A stretch of 62,000 bases of DNA from Malacoraja senta (Eukaryota). Numbering within the stretch: the first letter of the stretch is position 1; each line of letters begins with the position of its first letter. The translations under genes and the position numbers were made by a program. Shown here piece by piece: positions 8,822 through 21,048 of the stretch. The notes under the pieces are model-generated. The model was not told where the DNA came from. It made no database searches and saw nothing but the letters and a program-made list of their open reading frames with translations. Where the stretch lies: NCBI GenBank assembly GCA_038087875.1, contig CM075992.1, positions 1 to 62,000 on the forward strand. Reading direction: 5' to 3'.

Positions 8822-11430
8822 GTTACTAGAGAATTGGAAGAGCAAATATGTAAGGAGATAGCAGATATTAGTAGTAAGCACAAGGTAGTGATTGTGGGAG
8901 ATTTCAATTTTCCACACATAGACTGGGAAACACATTCTGTAAAAGGGCTGGATGGTTTGGAGTTTGTAAAATGTGTGCAAGATAGTTTTTTGCAGCAATA
9001 CATAGAGGTACCTACTGGAGAAGGGGCAGTGCTGGACCTCCTGTTAGGAAATGAGACAGGGCAGGTGGCGGAGGTATGCGTCGGGGAGCACTTCGGGTCC
9101 AGTGATCACAATACCATTAGTTTCAATATAATTATGGAGAGGGTCAGAACTGGACCTAGGGTTGAGATTTTTGTTTGGAGAAAGGCTAACTTTGAGGAGA
9201 TGCGAAAGGATTTAAAAGGAGTGAATTGGGACATGTTGTTTTATGGGAAGGATGTAGAAGAAAAATGGAGGACATTTAAGGGTGAAATTTTAAGAGTACA
9301 GAATCTTTGTCCATGTTCGGTTGAAAGGAAATAGTAAAAAATGGAAAGAGCCATGGTTTTCAAGGGAAATTGGACACTTGGTTCGGAAAAAGAGAGAGAT
9401 CTACAATAATTATAGGCAGCATGGAGTAAATGAGGTGCTTGAGGAGTATAAAGAATGTAAAAAGAATATTAAGAAAGAAATTAGAAAAGCTAAAAGAAGA
9501 TATGAGGTTGCTTTGGCAAGTAAGGTGAAAGTAAATCCAAAGGGTTTCTACAGCTATATTAATAGCAAAAGGATAACAAGGAATAAAATCGGTCCATTAG
9601 AGAGTCAGAGTGGACAGCTATCTGCAGAGCCAAAAGAGATGGGGGAGATATTGAACAATTTCTTTTCTTCGGTATTCACGAAGGAGAAGGATATGGAATG
9701 ATGTGAGGTAAGGGAAACGAGCTGAGTAGCAATGGAAACTGAGTTTCAAAGAAGAGGAGGTGCGGACACTTTTGAAAAATATGAAAACGGATAAGTCTCC
9801 AGGTCCTGACAGGATATTCCCTAGGACATTGAGGGAAGTTGGTGTAGAAATAGCAGGGGCTATGACAGAAATATTTCAAATGTCATTAGAAACGGGATTA
9901 GTGCCGGAGGATTGGCGTACTGCGCATGTTGTTCCGTTGTTTAAAAAGGGTTCGAAGAGTAAACCTAGCAATTATAGACATGTTAGTTTGACTTCAGTGG
10001 TGGGCAAATTAATGGAAAGGATACTTAAAGATAATATATATAAGCATCTGGATAAGCAGGGTCTGATTAGGAACAGTCAACATGGATTTGTGCCTGGAAG
10101 GTCATGCTTGACTAATCTTCTTGAATTTTTCGAAGAGGTTACTAGGGAAATTGATGAGGGTAAAGCAGTGGATGTTGTCTATATGGACTTCAGTAAGGCC
10201 TTTGACAAGGTTCCTCATGGAAGGTTGGTTAAGAAGATTCAATTGTTGGGTATTAATGGTGGAGTAGCAAGATGGATTCAACAGTGGCTGAATGGGAGAT
10301 GCCAGAGAGTAATGGTGGATGGCTGTTTGTCAGGTTGGAGGCCGGTGACTAGTGGGGTGCCTCAGGGGTCTGTGTTGGGTCCACTGTTGTTTGTCACGTA
10401 CATCAATGATCTGGATGAAGGTGTGGAAAATTGGATTAGTAAGTATGCAGATGATACTAAGATAGGTGGTGTTGTGGATAATGAAGTAGATTTTCAAAGT
10501 CTACAGAGAGATTTAGGCCATTTGGAAGAGTGGGCTGAAAGATGGCAGATGGAGTTTAATGCTGACAAATGTGAGGTGCTACATCTCGGCAGGACAAATC
10601 AAAATAGGACGTACACGGTAAATGGTAGCGAATTGAGGAATGCAGTTGAACAGAGGGATCTAGGAATAACTGTGCATAGTTCCGTGAAGGTGGAATCTCA
10701 TGTAGATAGGGTGGTAAAGAAAGCTTTTGGTGTGCTGGCCTTTATAAATCAGAGCATTGAATATAGAAGTTGGGATGTAATGTTAAAATTGTACAAGGCA
10801 TTGGTGAGGCCAATTCTGGAGTATGGAGTACAATTTTGGTCGCCTAATTATAGGAAGGATGTCAACAAAATAGAGAGAGTACAGAGGAGATTTACTAGAA
10901 TGTTGCCTGGGTTTCAGCAACTAAGTTACAGAGAAAGGTTGAACAAGTTAGGTCTTTATTCTTTGGAGCGCAGAAGGTTAAGAGGGGACTTGATAGAGGT
11001 CTTTAAAATTATGAGCGGGTTAGACAGAGTGGACGTGTATAAGCTTTTCCCATTGAGAGTAGGGAAGATTCAAACAAGGGGACATGACTTGAGAATTAAG
11101 GGACAGAAGTTTAGGGGGAACATTAGGGGGAACTTCTTTACTCAGAGAGTGGTAGCTGTGTGGAATGAGCTTCCAGTGGAAGTGGTGGAGGCAGGTTCGA
11201 TGTTATCCTTTAAAAATAGATTGGATGGGTATATGGACGGGAAAGGAATGGAGGGTTATGGTCTGAGTGCAGGTAGATGGGACTAGGGGGAAGTATTTAT
11301 TTTTAATTTAAAAAAAAAATAATAATAATAATAATTTTTTTAAAAAATTAAATGTTCGGCACGGACTTGAAGGGCCGAGATGGCCTGTTTCCGGGCTGTT
11401 ATGGTTATATGGTTATATGGTTATATGGTT
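8822..11430 (+). mobile_element. 5'-truncated CR1 LINE inserted into a 66-bp repeat array
   Basis: APE C-half (GDFNFP, SDH), then RT, 3'UTR hairpin and (TATATGGT)n tail. Flanks rejoin as (G)AGTTA|CTCCAGCAC. Confidence 0.95.
9760..11286 (+). CDS. CR1 reverse transcriptase domain, open frame (508 aa)
   Basis: QHGF, MDFSKAFDKV, GVPQGSVLGP, YADD motifs and a normal CR1 C-terminus. Upstream ORF2 is broken by a frameshift and stops. Confidence 0.85.
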   Translation: MRTLLKNMKTDKSPGPDRIFPRTLREVGVEIAGAMTEIFQMSLETGLVPEDWRTAHVVPLFKKGSKSKPSNYRHVSLTSVVGKLMERILKDNIYKHLDKQGLIRNSQHGFVPGRSCLTNLLEFFEEVTREIDEGKAVDVVYMDFSKAFDKVPHGRLVKKIQLLGINGGVARWIQQWLNGRCQRVMVDGCLSGWRPVTSGVPQGSVLGPLLFVTYINDLDEGVENWISKYADDTKIGGVVDNEVDFQSLQRDLGHLEEWAERWQMEFNADKCEVLHLGRTNQNRTYTVNGSELRNAVEQRDLGITVHSSVKVESHVDRVVKKAFGVLAFINQSIEYRSWDVMLKLYKALVRPILEYGVQFWSPNYRKDVNKIERVQRRFTRMLPGFQQLSYRERLNKLGLYSLERRRLRGDLIEVFKIMSGLDRVDVYKLFPLRVGKIQTRGHDLRIKGQKFRGNIRGNFFTQRVVAVWNELPVEVVEAGSMLSFKNRLDGYMDGKGMEGYGLSAGRWD

Positions 11431-11575
11431 ACTCCAGCACTCTGTGAAACGTCACCTATCCATGTTCTCCAGAGATGCTGCCTGACCCACTGAGTTACTC
11501 CAGCACTATGTGAAACGTCACCTATCCATGTTCTCCACAGATGCTGCCTGACCCGCTGAGTTACTCCAGCAATTT
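11430..11575 (+). repeat. 66-bp Penelope-terminal tandem repeat (continuation of 8740-8821)
   Basis: Same unit as 4510-4720. Confidence 0.9.
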
Positions 11576-11885
11576 GTCTATGTGTGGTACAATATTGATC
11601 AGTGATAATTGTTAATGATTGAAGCACAATGTGGAGCTGGAACTGATGCAGGGTGAATGTAAAATATTGGGCTGAAGAGACCTGAGGGGCATTCTTACTG
11701 TGAACCCAGTGATTTGGGACAATTAGTTTGCTGTGGATTGGAGTAAGGATGTGTAAAATTCCCCAAAGAGCTGATCCTATCTGTCTCCAATGTTTGAAGA
11801 CCCTTTGAAAGAGTGCAGATGAGATTTATGAGGATATTGCCAAGAATTGTTGTTGCTGCCAAGTCAAACCAGTACTATGTCCACA

Positions 11886-12292
11886 GTTTAGAAGGATGAG
11901 GGGGCTCTTATAGAAACAAATAAAATTATAAAAGGACTGGACAAGCTAGATGCAGGAAAAATGTTCCCAATGTTGGGGGAGTCCAGAACCAGGGGCCACA
12001 GTCTTGGAATAAAGGGGAGGCCATTTAAGACTGAGGTGAGAAAAAACGTTGTCACCCAAAGAATTGTGAATTTGTAGAATTCCCTGCCACAGAGGGCAGT
12101 GGAGGCCAAATCACTGGATGGATTTAAGAGAGAGTTTGATTGAACTCTAGGGGCTAGTGTAATCGTGGGGACATGGGGAGAAGGCAGGCACAGGTTATTG
12201 ATTGGGGATGATCAGCCATGATCACAATGAATGGCGTTGCTGACTCGAAGGGCCGAATGGCCTGCTCCTGCACCTATTTTCTATGTTTCTAT
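11886..12292 (+). mobile_element. CR1 3'-end fragment
   Basis: FRRMRG.LIET.KI..GLDKLDAGKMFP...; CTATGTTTCTAT tail. Confidence 0.9.
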
Positions 12293-12295
12293 ATG

Positions 12296-12420
12296 ACGGG
12301 CCTTCAGGGCAGCGGATCACCACACGGTGGGAGTATTGTCCACAAATTGGATGGGCCTGTTAAATGAATTTGCTGCACATTGGGAGCGCTGTCTACAAAT
12401 TAGAGAAAATTGTTCTCTTT
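12296..12420 (+). repeat. Dispersed copy of the 55-bp CTCF-like family (1 unit plus 1 degenerate unit)
   Basis: GGATCACCACACGGTGGGAGTATTGTCCACAAATTGGA. Shares the downstream flank GGAGCGCTGTCTACAAATTAGA..AAATTGTTCTCTTT with 3155-3204. Confidence 0.8.
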
Positions 12421-13871
12421 GCATTAGGGTTATGAAGACTGGTTTTCAGTTGATGACTAATTGTTATGATTAAGAAGACAGTGAGGAATTTAAAGTGGAT
12501 CTACATTGTGTTTGGTTGAGGAAAGTTAATATGAACTAGTTGTTAACCACTTGTGTGAAATGGTTAATGTTAACTACCCTAATCAAAGCTTGTTTATTAT
12601 GAATTCTTATGAAGGACTTTTAGGTGAAAGGAATCTGTGTGGTGTGAGTGGTCATTCGTTGAGCTTTGGACTGGACAGACTGTTGTAGAGATTTGTAAAG
12701 ATATTTGGATGCTCTTGCTTAAAAGACACAGTGCTGGAGTAACTCAGCGGGTCAGACAGCATCTCTGGAGAACAGGGATAGGTAATGTTTCAGAGTGCTG
12801 GAGTAACTCAGCGGGTCAGGCAGGATACCGATAGTAAAGAGTACAGCTTTGGTGAGTAACTCGGTGAGTTCACTGTTTGTGTACATGGTTTGATGCCCAT
12901 AGTAAAGAGTTACAGCATTGGGCAGCTCAGTCAGAGAGTTCACTTTTTGTGTGAAGTATTGTCTTTGATATAGCTGGCATGTTGCTGTGACAGTTTGATT
13001 ATGAATAGATAATGTATTCTTCTACCCTGTAGGATTCACTACTGCAGACACATTTGAATTTCACTGTCACTTAATTGGTACATGTGGCGATAAACTGACC
13101 TTGAAATATTGGGCCTAGTTATTTTTCCAGGCCCTGTCCATCCAGTGTTTGATATTTTAAGGTGAATGTAGAATCTTCTCGCCAACTGCTGTTTCTCCCT
13201 CTACAGTTATTCTACTTGTTTCTGGTTGATGAGTCAAGGTCTTTGGAGATCTTCTAATGTCCACAGTTTGCTATGGTTTGTGATAGATGGGCTTTGTCAA
13301 CTTGCTGTTCCAAGTACTGCTTGTGATGGAGGGTTTGATCAAGGATGTCAGGAGATTTCAATCATTGAAGTGATCTATTATTTTTTTGTTATAACCAAGT
13401 CTATCTAATCTAGTCTTTGTGAAGATATGAAGATAAGGCCCTTGTTTAGACCCTCTCGTGGTTTCAATCGGGATGAATCTTTGAGAAAGATTAACAATGG
13501 CTTTTCCTAATTGCTTTGTGGTCACGTTCCTTGTATTTCAGGGTGCTGGAATGTTGAGCAGAAGTGCTGGAGGAACTTTGAGGGTCAGGCAGCATCTGTG
13601 GGGGAAATAGACAGATGGCATTTTGGGTTGGAAACCTTCAGACTGGAGTAGGGGGAGAAGGATGGAAAGTGGGGGTGGGACAAAGCCTGGCATGTGGGGG
13701 TGGGTGATTGGCAGATGGAATAAGTGACAAAGGCCAGAGGTGAAAGTGATAAAACATGTTGGATAAGAAGGGTAGAGGTGTGGAAGATGAAGCCAGAGGG
13801 AGGTTTATGGGTGAATGGGACATGGGAGGGGATGAAAGGGAAATGTGGCATGGAGGTGGGAAATCAGCGCA

Positions 13872-14036
13872 CTGGTGATGGGAGCCCCCTCGTTCCCTGC
13901 ACCCCCCACCCTGGTGATGGGAACCCCCTCTTTCCCTGTACCCCCTACCCTGGTGATGGGAACCCCCTCATTCCCTGCACCCCCCACCCTGGTGATGGGA
14001 ACCACATTTTCCATGCACCACCCCCCCATCCTGGTG
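13872..14036 (+). repeat. 39-bp minisatellite (~4 units)
   Basis: CTGGTGATGGGAACCCCCTC.TTCCCTGCACCCCCCACC at 13872, 13911, 13950 and 13989. Confidence 0.9.
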
Positions 14037-14189
14037 TGAACACTTCCCTCAACACCTTGTGCACACGCACAGGCAAACACTAAACTGAAGATAGACACAA
14101 AGCTGGAGTAACTCAACAGGTCAGACAGAATCTCTGGCAAAAGGAAAATATTATATTTTGGGCTGGGTCTGAAATGGGTTCCTGCACAC

Positions 14190-14330
14190 CTTTGGAATGT
14201 GGAAGGAAACAAGAGCACCCGGAGAAAACACATGCGGTCAAAGGGAAAAGTAGCAAACTCCATACAGACAGCACCCATATTCAGGATCAATTCTGGATCT
14301 CTGGAACTTTTAGGCAGCAACTTTATGGCC
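14190..14330 (-). mobile_element. V-domain SINE fragment
   Basis: Reverse complement of the GGGTGCTGTCTGTATGGAGTTTGC...TCTCCGGGTGCTC core. Confidence 0.7.
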
Positions 14331-14477
14331 CCATAGTCTTGAACTGAATTATAACATACAGTAGCTGTAAAGGGGGACATAGCGTCACTTGGAGATTTAA
14401 GACTGAAAATGGATAATTTCTTTTTTAGTAACCAAAGTTATCAACATATAATTTTTTGTGTGTTGGAAAATAAAATA

Positions 14478-14690
14478 TAGTGGCAGCTGGTGGACTTGCT
14501 GCCTCACACCAGAGATCTGTTCGATCCTGCCCTCGGGCACTGTCTGTGTTGAATTTGCACATTCTCCCTGCAAGCGTGTGGGTTTCCACTCGCATCCCAA
14601 AGACACATTGGCTTTGTTGGTTAACTTGTCTCTGTATAATGTGTAGGGAGTGGGTGAGGAAAGTGGGATAACAGAACTTGTATGAATGGG
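14478..14690 (+). mobile_element. V-domain SINE fragment
   Basis: GTTCGATCC B-box; CTGTCTGTGTTGAATTTGCACATTCTCCC core. Confidence 0.7.
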
Positions 14691-14697
14691 TAGACTA

Positions 14698-15072
14698 ATG
14701 CTGGAGAAACTCCGTGGGTGAGGCAGCATCTATGGGCGATGATTCGGGTCGAGACCCTTCTTCAGACTGATGGGGGGGGGGGGGGAAGAAGAAAGGAAGA
14801 GGCAGAGGCAGTGGGCTGAGGAAAAGCTGGGAAGGGGAGGAGAAAGTACGGACTACCTGAAATTGGAGAAGTCAATGTTCATACTGCTGGGGTGTAAACT
14901 ACCCAAGCAAAATATGAGATGCTGCTCCTCCAATTTACAGTGGGCCTCACTCTGGCCATGGAGAAGGCCCAGGGCAGAAAGGTTGGATTTGGAATGGGAG
15001 GGGGAGTTAAAGTGCTGAGCCACTGGGAGATCAGGTTGGTTATTGCGAACCAAGTGAAGGTTTTGGGCGAAT
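14698..15072 (-). mobile_element. Penelope-like element 3' end (GIY-YIG C-terminus plus hammerhead-like terminus)
   Basis: PDLPVAQHFNSPSHS...LEEQHLIFCLGSLHP..MNIDFSNFR. Minus-strand CTGAAGAAGGGTCTCGACCCGAA at 14743-14768. Confidence 0.85.
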
Positions 15073-15639
15073 TCATATTTATTCATGTCATATTTATCAC
15101 GCACCTCTAAACATTTAGGCAGATACATGTATAGAACAGGCTTACAGGGATATGGGCCAAATGTGGGCAGGTCAACTAGTGTAGATGGGACATGTTGGCC
15201 GGTGTGGCAAGTTGGGCTGAAAGGCCTGTTTCCATGCTGTTAGACTCCATGACTCTATGACTCTGCCCTCATCTATATGTTGACTCTCATCCCATTTATG
15301 ACCCTTCAAGAAACCAACGCAACCGTAGCGTTCATAGATGCTCCAGTCTCCTTCAATGAGCAGGTAAAGAGAAGCTAAAATTATTCACGCACCATTCATC
15401 ACGAACTTGTAAGTGCTTTGGAAAGGCACTATACACTACGACAGTGCCTAAAGAGTCATTCAATATAGAGCCACAAAACTGTTTTTCTTCATGAAAAAGT
15501 CTCTCTGCAGCATGTGATTCCAACCATGCTTAAAGCTTCTAATGATATATAACACCAGCCAGTCTAGCTATTTCATGCCAACAAATGTCTCCAGACCTGC
15601 TTGTGAGCACATTATATTCGGTTGCTCTGTAAATGCATC

Positions 15640-15965
15640 TTATAATCCCTCTCCTGTTTAAATTGACAAGTTCTCCAAATCCACTCCATGCAGGCCTTTC
15701 ATTATTCTTTAAGTTTCAATGAGACCCACCACGCCCCTCTCCTAATCTTTCTAAACTCCAGTAAGTACAGGCGCAGCGCCTTTGAACGCTCCTCATACAT
15801 CAACCCTATCATCCCGTGATCATTCTTGTAAACCTCCCTTGGATCATCTCCAATGCCAGCACATCCTTCCTCAGATATGGGGCCCAAAACTTCTCACAAT
15901 ACTTCAAATGTGGCCTCACCAGTGTCTTACAAAGCCTCAGCAGCATATGCTCATCTCTAAACTTC
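15640..15965 (-). mobile_element. Degenerate CR1 RT C-terminal fragment
   Basis: LVRPHLKYCEKFWAPYLRKDVLALE. Confidence 0.8.
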
Positions 15966-15977
15966 TTCTGGATCAGA

Positions 15978-16173
15978 ATAGACTTGAACACACATCAAGA
16001 TACAACACTTGTTTATTAAATCTACATACAGCAAGGATCTGCCGACATCACCTCTCCGAGCTGCTACTCATTCTAAGTAGCGTAAGCAAGCTTGTGATTA
16101 TATGAAGCGCATACTAGGCGGAGTCACTACTAACAAACACTATAATTGGCTAGTATGAAATAGCCAATCTACA
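15978..16173 (-). repeat. Gypsy 3' LTR (outer end eroded)
   Basis: Direct repeat of 21049-21246. Preceded on the minus strand by the purine tract AAGGAAGGA (16174-16182), then TGTAGA. Confidence 0.88.
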
Positions 16174-16267
16174 TCCTTCCTTGTAGAAACAAAAGGAGCA
16201 TCGGTGGCTAAGCAATATAGGTGGAATGTTAATGATACATTTGCAAAATTACATAAAATCGCCATAT

Positions 16268-17584
16268 CTAACGGGTGGCACTGCAAACCCTTCCGGCCCG
16301 CGTGCGGTACGAGTCCGCCTCACCTCCTTTTACTGTAGAAGATATTGGGGAGGGAAATGGGGAAACGACCGGTGGCCCGACAGGCAGGGAGGGTGATGAG
16401 ATAGGCGAGCTAGTTGCCAAACGCCGCATGGAGACTGCAGTGGGAACAGTAGGTGGCAGCGGAAGCGAGACATCAAGATACGTAGTCGCAGGACACTGTT
16501 CCTTCACCGGAAGGATATGTTGACGGTTGCGTCTGTAAATGACTCGGTCCGCTTCGACCAGATAAGAGCGCGGCTCTTTGGCAGGGCTGTAGATGTGTCC
16601 CAGACGTGCATAGCCCTTGTTTATCTGGAGACGGGCCACTTGTCCACGAGTGAGAGGTTTAAGTGGCTTGCTGGACTTATCGAAGAAACGTTTCTGCGCG
16701 TCACGTTTGGATTGTAGTTGCTTCTGAACTGCAGGCGGAAAACGAACTTGTGGCTGCAAAAGCTGCTGGGACACAGGCAGTGGAGCACGGGTTTGGCGAG
16801 ACATCAGTCGTTGGCTGGAGAACCCAGTATGGGATCCTGTGCAATATTCCTTGGAGTTGAGCAAGTCCAGATACACATCTGTTTTGGCAAGGTATGACTG
16901 CTCCATGAGTTGTTTTGCACTCTGGACCGCGCGTTCGACAAGTCCGTTGGACTGGGAATTTGGGGCTGCTGGTAATATGTTGAAAGTCCCATTGTTTTGG
17001 AAAGTTTTTAAAAGCTTGGCTGGTGAACTGTCTGCCGTTGTCGGACTGGATACATGCAGGGGAGCCGTGCACGGAGAGGTGGCCATGCAACTTTCGATTA
17101 CGGCTTCAGAAGTAGTGGTTTGAAGTAAATGGATTTTGAACCAGCCACAGTAAGAGTCTACAAGAACCAGATAATGTTTCCCATGCCACTCGAAGATGTC
17201 GGTGGCTAACGTGGACCACGGGAGAGGTGGGACTGGATGCGGCAGTAAAGGCTGCTTTTGCTGATGTGGTGTCAGGCTTTTGCAGACGGCGCTAACTTCG
17301 TTTTTTTCTCGTATGTATTTGGTCATTCCGGGCTAGTAAAACATGCTTTGGAGGGTTGCCTCCACGCCAGGGTGGCCCCTGTGGTTGTTGTCAAAGTATT
17401 TGTCCCGGAAGGCTGGTGCGACCACTGCCTTGTGGCCCTTGACAATAATTCCGTCCTGTAATACCGGTTCATCGTGAAGCAGGAAGTATGGGCGTATCTC
17501 GAGCGGGGTATTGTGTTGTTTATCCAGCCAGCCACACCGGATGACTGCGGACAGCAATTGTAAGGTCTCATCAGCAGTCGTGTT
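16268..17584 (-). pseudogene. Gypsy integrase region (frameshifted)
   Basis: ORFs 17333-17602, 16268-17326 and 16701-17090 give the zinc-finger HRGHPG, then D..SDNGRQF..ER motifs. Confidence 0.88.
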
Positions 17585-19860
17585 ACATAGAAACATAGAC
17601 AATAGGAGCAGGAGGAGGCGGCCCTTCGAGCCAGCGCCGCCATTTCCTTGTGATCATGGCTGATTGTCTCCAATCAATGACCCGTGCCTGCCTTCTCCCC
17701 ATATCCCTTGATTCCACTAGCCCCTAAAGCTCTATCTAACTCTCTCTTAAATCCATCCAGGGACTTAGCCTCCGCTGCCCTCTATGGCAGGGAATTCCAC
17801 AAATTCACAATTCTCTGGGTGACATTTTTTTTTTCTCACCTCGGTCTTAAATGGCTTCCCCTTTATTCAAAGACTGTGGCCCCTGGTTCTGGACTCGCCA
17901 AACATTGGCAACATTTTTCCTGCATCTAGCTTGTCCAGTCCTTTTATAATTTTATATGTTTTTCCCCTCATCCTTCTAAACTCCAGTGAATACAAGCCTA
18001 GTCTTTTCTAACTTTCCTCCATCCCAGGGATTAATCTCGTGAACCTACGCTGCACTGCCTCAATCACAAGGATGTCCTTCCTCAAATTCGGAGACCAAAA
18101 CTGGACACAGTACTCCAGATGTGGTCTCACCAGAGCCCTATACAACTGCAGAAGAACCTCTTAACTCCTATACTGAAATCCTCTTGTTATGAAGGCCAAC
18201 ATTCCATTAGCTTTCTTCATTGCCTGCTGTATCTGCACGCCATCTTTCAGTGACTGGTGTACAAGGGACGCCCAGATCTCGCTGCACCTCCCCGTGCCCT
18301 AACCTAACCCCAATGAGATAATAATCTGCCCCCTTATTTTTGCCGCCAGTGGATAACCTCACATTTATCTATATTATACTGCATCTGCCATGCATCTGCC
18401 CACTCACTCAACCTTTCCAGGTCACCCTGCAACCTCCTAACATCCTCTTCACAGTTCACACTGCCACCCAGCTTTGTGTTCATCCGCAAACTTGCTAGTG
18501 TTGCTCCTAATTCCCTTTTCCAAATCATTAATATATGGTAAACAGTTGCGGCCCCAACACCGAGCCTTGCGGCACTCCACTCGCCACTGCCTGCCATTCT
18601 GTAAAGGCACCACTCCTACTCTTTGCTTCTTGTCTGCCAACCAATTTTCTATCCATGTCAACACCCTACCCCCAATACCATGTGCTCTAATTTTAGTCAC
18701 CAGTCTCCTGTGCAGGACCTTATCAAAGGCTTTCTGAAAGTCTAGATACACTACATCCACTGGCATCCCTTCATCCATTTTACTTGTCACATCCTCAAAA
18801 TTCCAGAAGATTAGAAACATGAATTCCCTTTCATAAATCGATGTTGACTTGGACTAATCCTTTTACTTCTATCCAAATGCCCCATTATAACCTCTTTAAT
18901 AATTGACTCCAGCATCTTTCCCACCACCGAAGTCAGGCTAACTGGTCTGTAATTCCCTGTTTTCTCTCTCGCTCCTTTCTTGAAAAGTGGGATAACATTA
19001 GCTATCCTCCAATTCACAGGATCCTGAATCTATTGAACATTGGAAAATGATCACCAATGTGTCCACTATTTCTAGAGCCGCCTCCCTGAGGACCCTGGGA
19101 TGCCAGACCCTCAGGCCCAGGGGATTTATCATCCTTCAGTCCATTAGCCTACCCAATACTATTTCTTGCCTAATGAAAATTTATTTCAGTTCCTCTACCC
19201 GCTTAGATCCTCTGTCCTCCAGTACATCAGGGAGATTGTTTGTGTCTTCCTTAGTGAAGACAGATCAGAAGTATCTGTTCAACGCTTCTGCCATTTCCTT
19301 GTTACCCATAATAATTTCACCCGTGTCTGCCTTCAAGGGACCCACATTTGACTTTGCTACTCTTTTCCCTTAACATATCTAAAGAAGCTTTTACTGTCCT
19401 TCTTTAAATTCCTGGCCAGCTTCCCTTCGTACTTCATCTTTTCAGCTCGTATTGTCTGTTTTGTTTCCTTCTGTTGTCCTATGAAAGTTTCCCAATCCTC
19501 TGGCTTGCGGCTACTCTTTGCTGTGTTATACATCTTTTTCTTTTAGTTTTATTCTATCCCTAACTTCTCTTGTCAGCCACAGTTGCCTCCTACTCCCCTT
19601 AGCATCTTTCTTCCTTTTTGGAATCAAATGATTCCAGATTATGCCCAGAGATTCCTGCCATTGCTGTTCCACTGTCATTCCTGCTAGGATCCCTTTCCAG
19701 ACTACCTTGGCCAGCTCCTCTCTCATGCCTTCATAGTCCCCTTTGTTCAACTGCATCACTGACATTTCCGATTTAACCTTCTCCTTCTCAAATTGCGGAT
19801 TAAAACTAATCATATTATGATCACTACCTCCAAGCGGTTCTTTTACCTCGAGTTCTCTTA
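17585..19860 (-). mobile_element. 5'-truncated CR1 inserted in Gypsy pol between RNase H and integrase
   Basis: Starts at EPLGGSDHNMISF; RT fragments follow; (CTATGTTT)-type tail at 17585-17600. Gypsy flanks rejoin as LAE..TTADETLQ. Confidence 0.92.
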
Positions 19861-21030
19861 TCTCTGTTTGTTCTGCTAGGCTGCTTAAACAGTCAGTTGG
19901 CACAAACAAAACCTTCATTACTGAGAATTGATTCTGTACGGAGAGTTGTTGTTTGTTAGTTTTACGCGGGGCTCTGGATAGAGTGTCTGCTATGTGCATG
20001 TCTTTGCCTTTCTTGTAGACAATGTTGAAATCAAATCGCTGCTGTTGCATCATCATACGCTGTAGTTGTGCTGGGGCAGCGTTGATGGGTTTGTTCAAAA
20101 TGGTGACCAGCGGCTGGTGGTCAGTCTCGATAGTAACAGACTTACCAAAGATAAAGTCCTTGAATTTAGTGCAGGTGAAAACAACTGCGAGCAGTTCCTT
20201 TTCGATCTGGGCGTAACGCTGTTCAGTGTCAGTCAGGGTACGGGAGGCGTACAAAACGGGCTTGAAATTGCCACCGGTAGTGGTCTGTAGACACGCTGCG
20301 CCTAGCCCGTACTGGGACGCATCGCAGGTGAGCGCTACCGGTAATTCCAAAGCAAAGTAGGCGAGAGTAGGTGCGCTAGCCAGCTGCAATTTGAGAGTGC
20401 CAAAAGCTGTTTGGTGTTGCAGGTACCAGGACCACGCCGTGTCCTTGTGTGTCAGTTCTCGCAGGGGGCCAGATATGTCACTGAGGTTGGGAATAAATTT
20501 ACCCAGGTAGTTGACCATTCCGAGGAACCTTTGTAAGCTCATGACGTCAGTAGGAACCAACATTTCGTTGATAACTGGTTTTCGACGGGTCTGGTTTGAG
20601 ACCATCACTAGTGAACACATGTCCGACGTAAGTAACCTCTGGAACTCGAAACCTGCACTTCAGGGGATTGAGTTTGAGCTGAATGTCTTTGGCACGGTGA
20701 AGTACTTTCTTCGGACTGGTGTCATGTTCAGCCAGATCGCGTCCGTAGACGAGAATATCATTAACAATGATGGCGCATGGGTACTCTGCAAACAATTGTT
20801 CCATGGTGCGCTGGAAAACTTCGCTGGCAGAGTTGATGCCAAAGTGCATTCTCAGAAATTTATATCGGCCAAAGGGGGTGCCGAACGTAGTGAGATTGGA
20901 CAAGTCTGGGTCCAGTGGAATCCGCCAAAATGAGCTTTTGGCATCCAGAACTGAGAATACTGCTGCGTATCCTATCTGGGCAGCAACTTCTTCTGTCGTA
21001 CGCATTGGGTAATGTGGGCATTTAATGGCA
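19861..21030 (-). pseudogene. Gypsy RT-RNase H (one frameshift)
   Basis: ORFs 20547-21005 and 19526-20620 (Gypsy part). Confidence 0.9.
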
Positions 21031-21031
21031 G

Positions 21032-21048
21032 TCCCACTTCTGACACCA
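21032..21048 (-). other. Primer-binding site complementary to the tRNA-Leu 3' end
   Basis: Minus strand TGGTGTCAGAAGTGGGA directly after the 5' LTR's terminal CA. Matches the vertebrate tRNA-Leu(CAA) end ...UCCCACUUCUGACACCA (from memory). Confidence 0.85.

Noticed and set aside
13872..14036. 39-bp repeat as a coding repeat (PGDGNPLFPCTPH)n
   Set aside because: Open in several frames on both strands, flanked by TE fragments, no splice signals.
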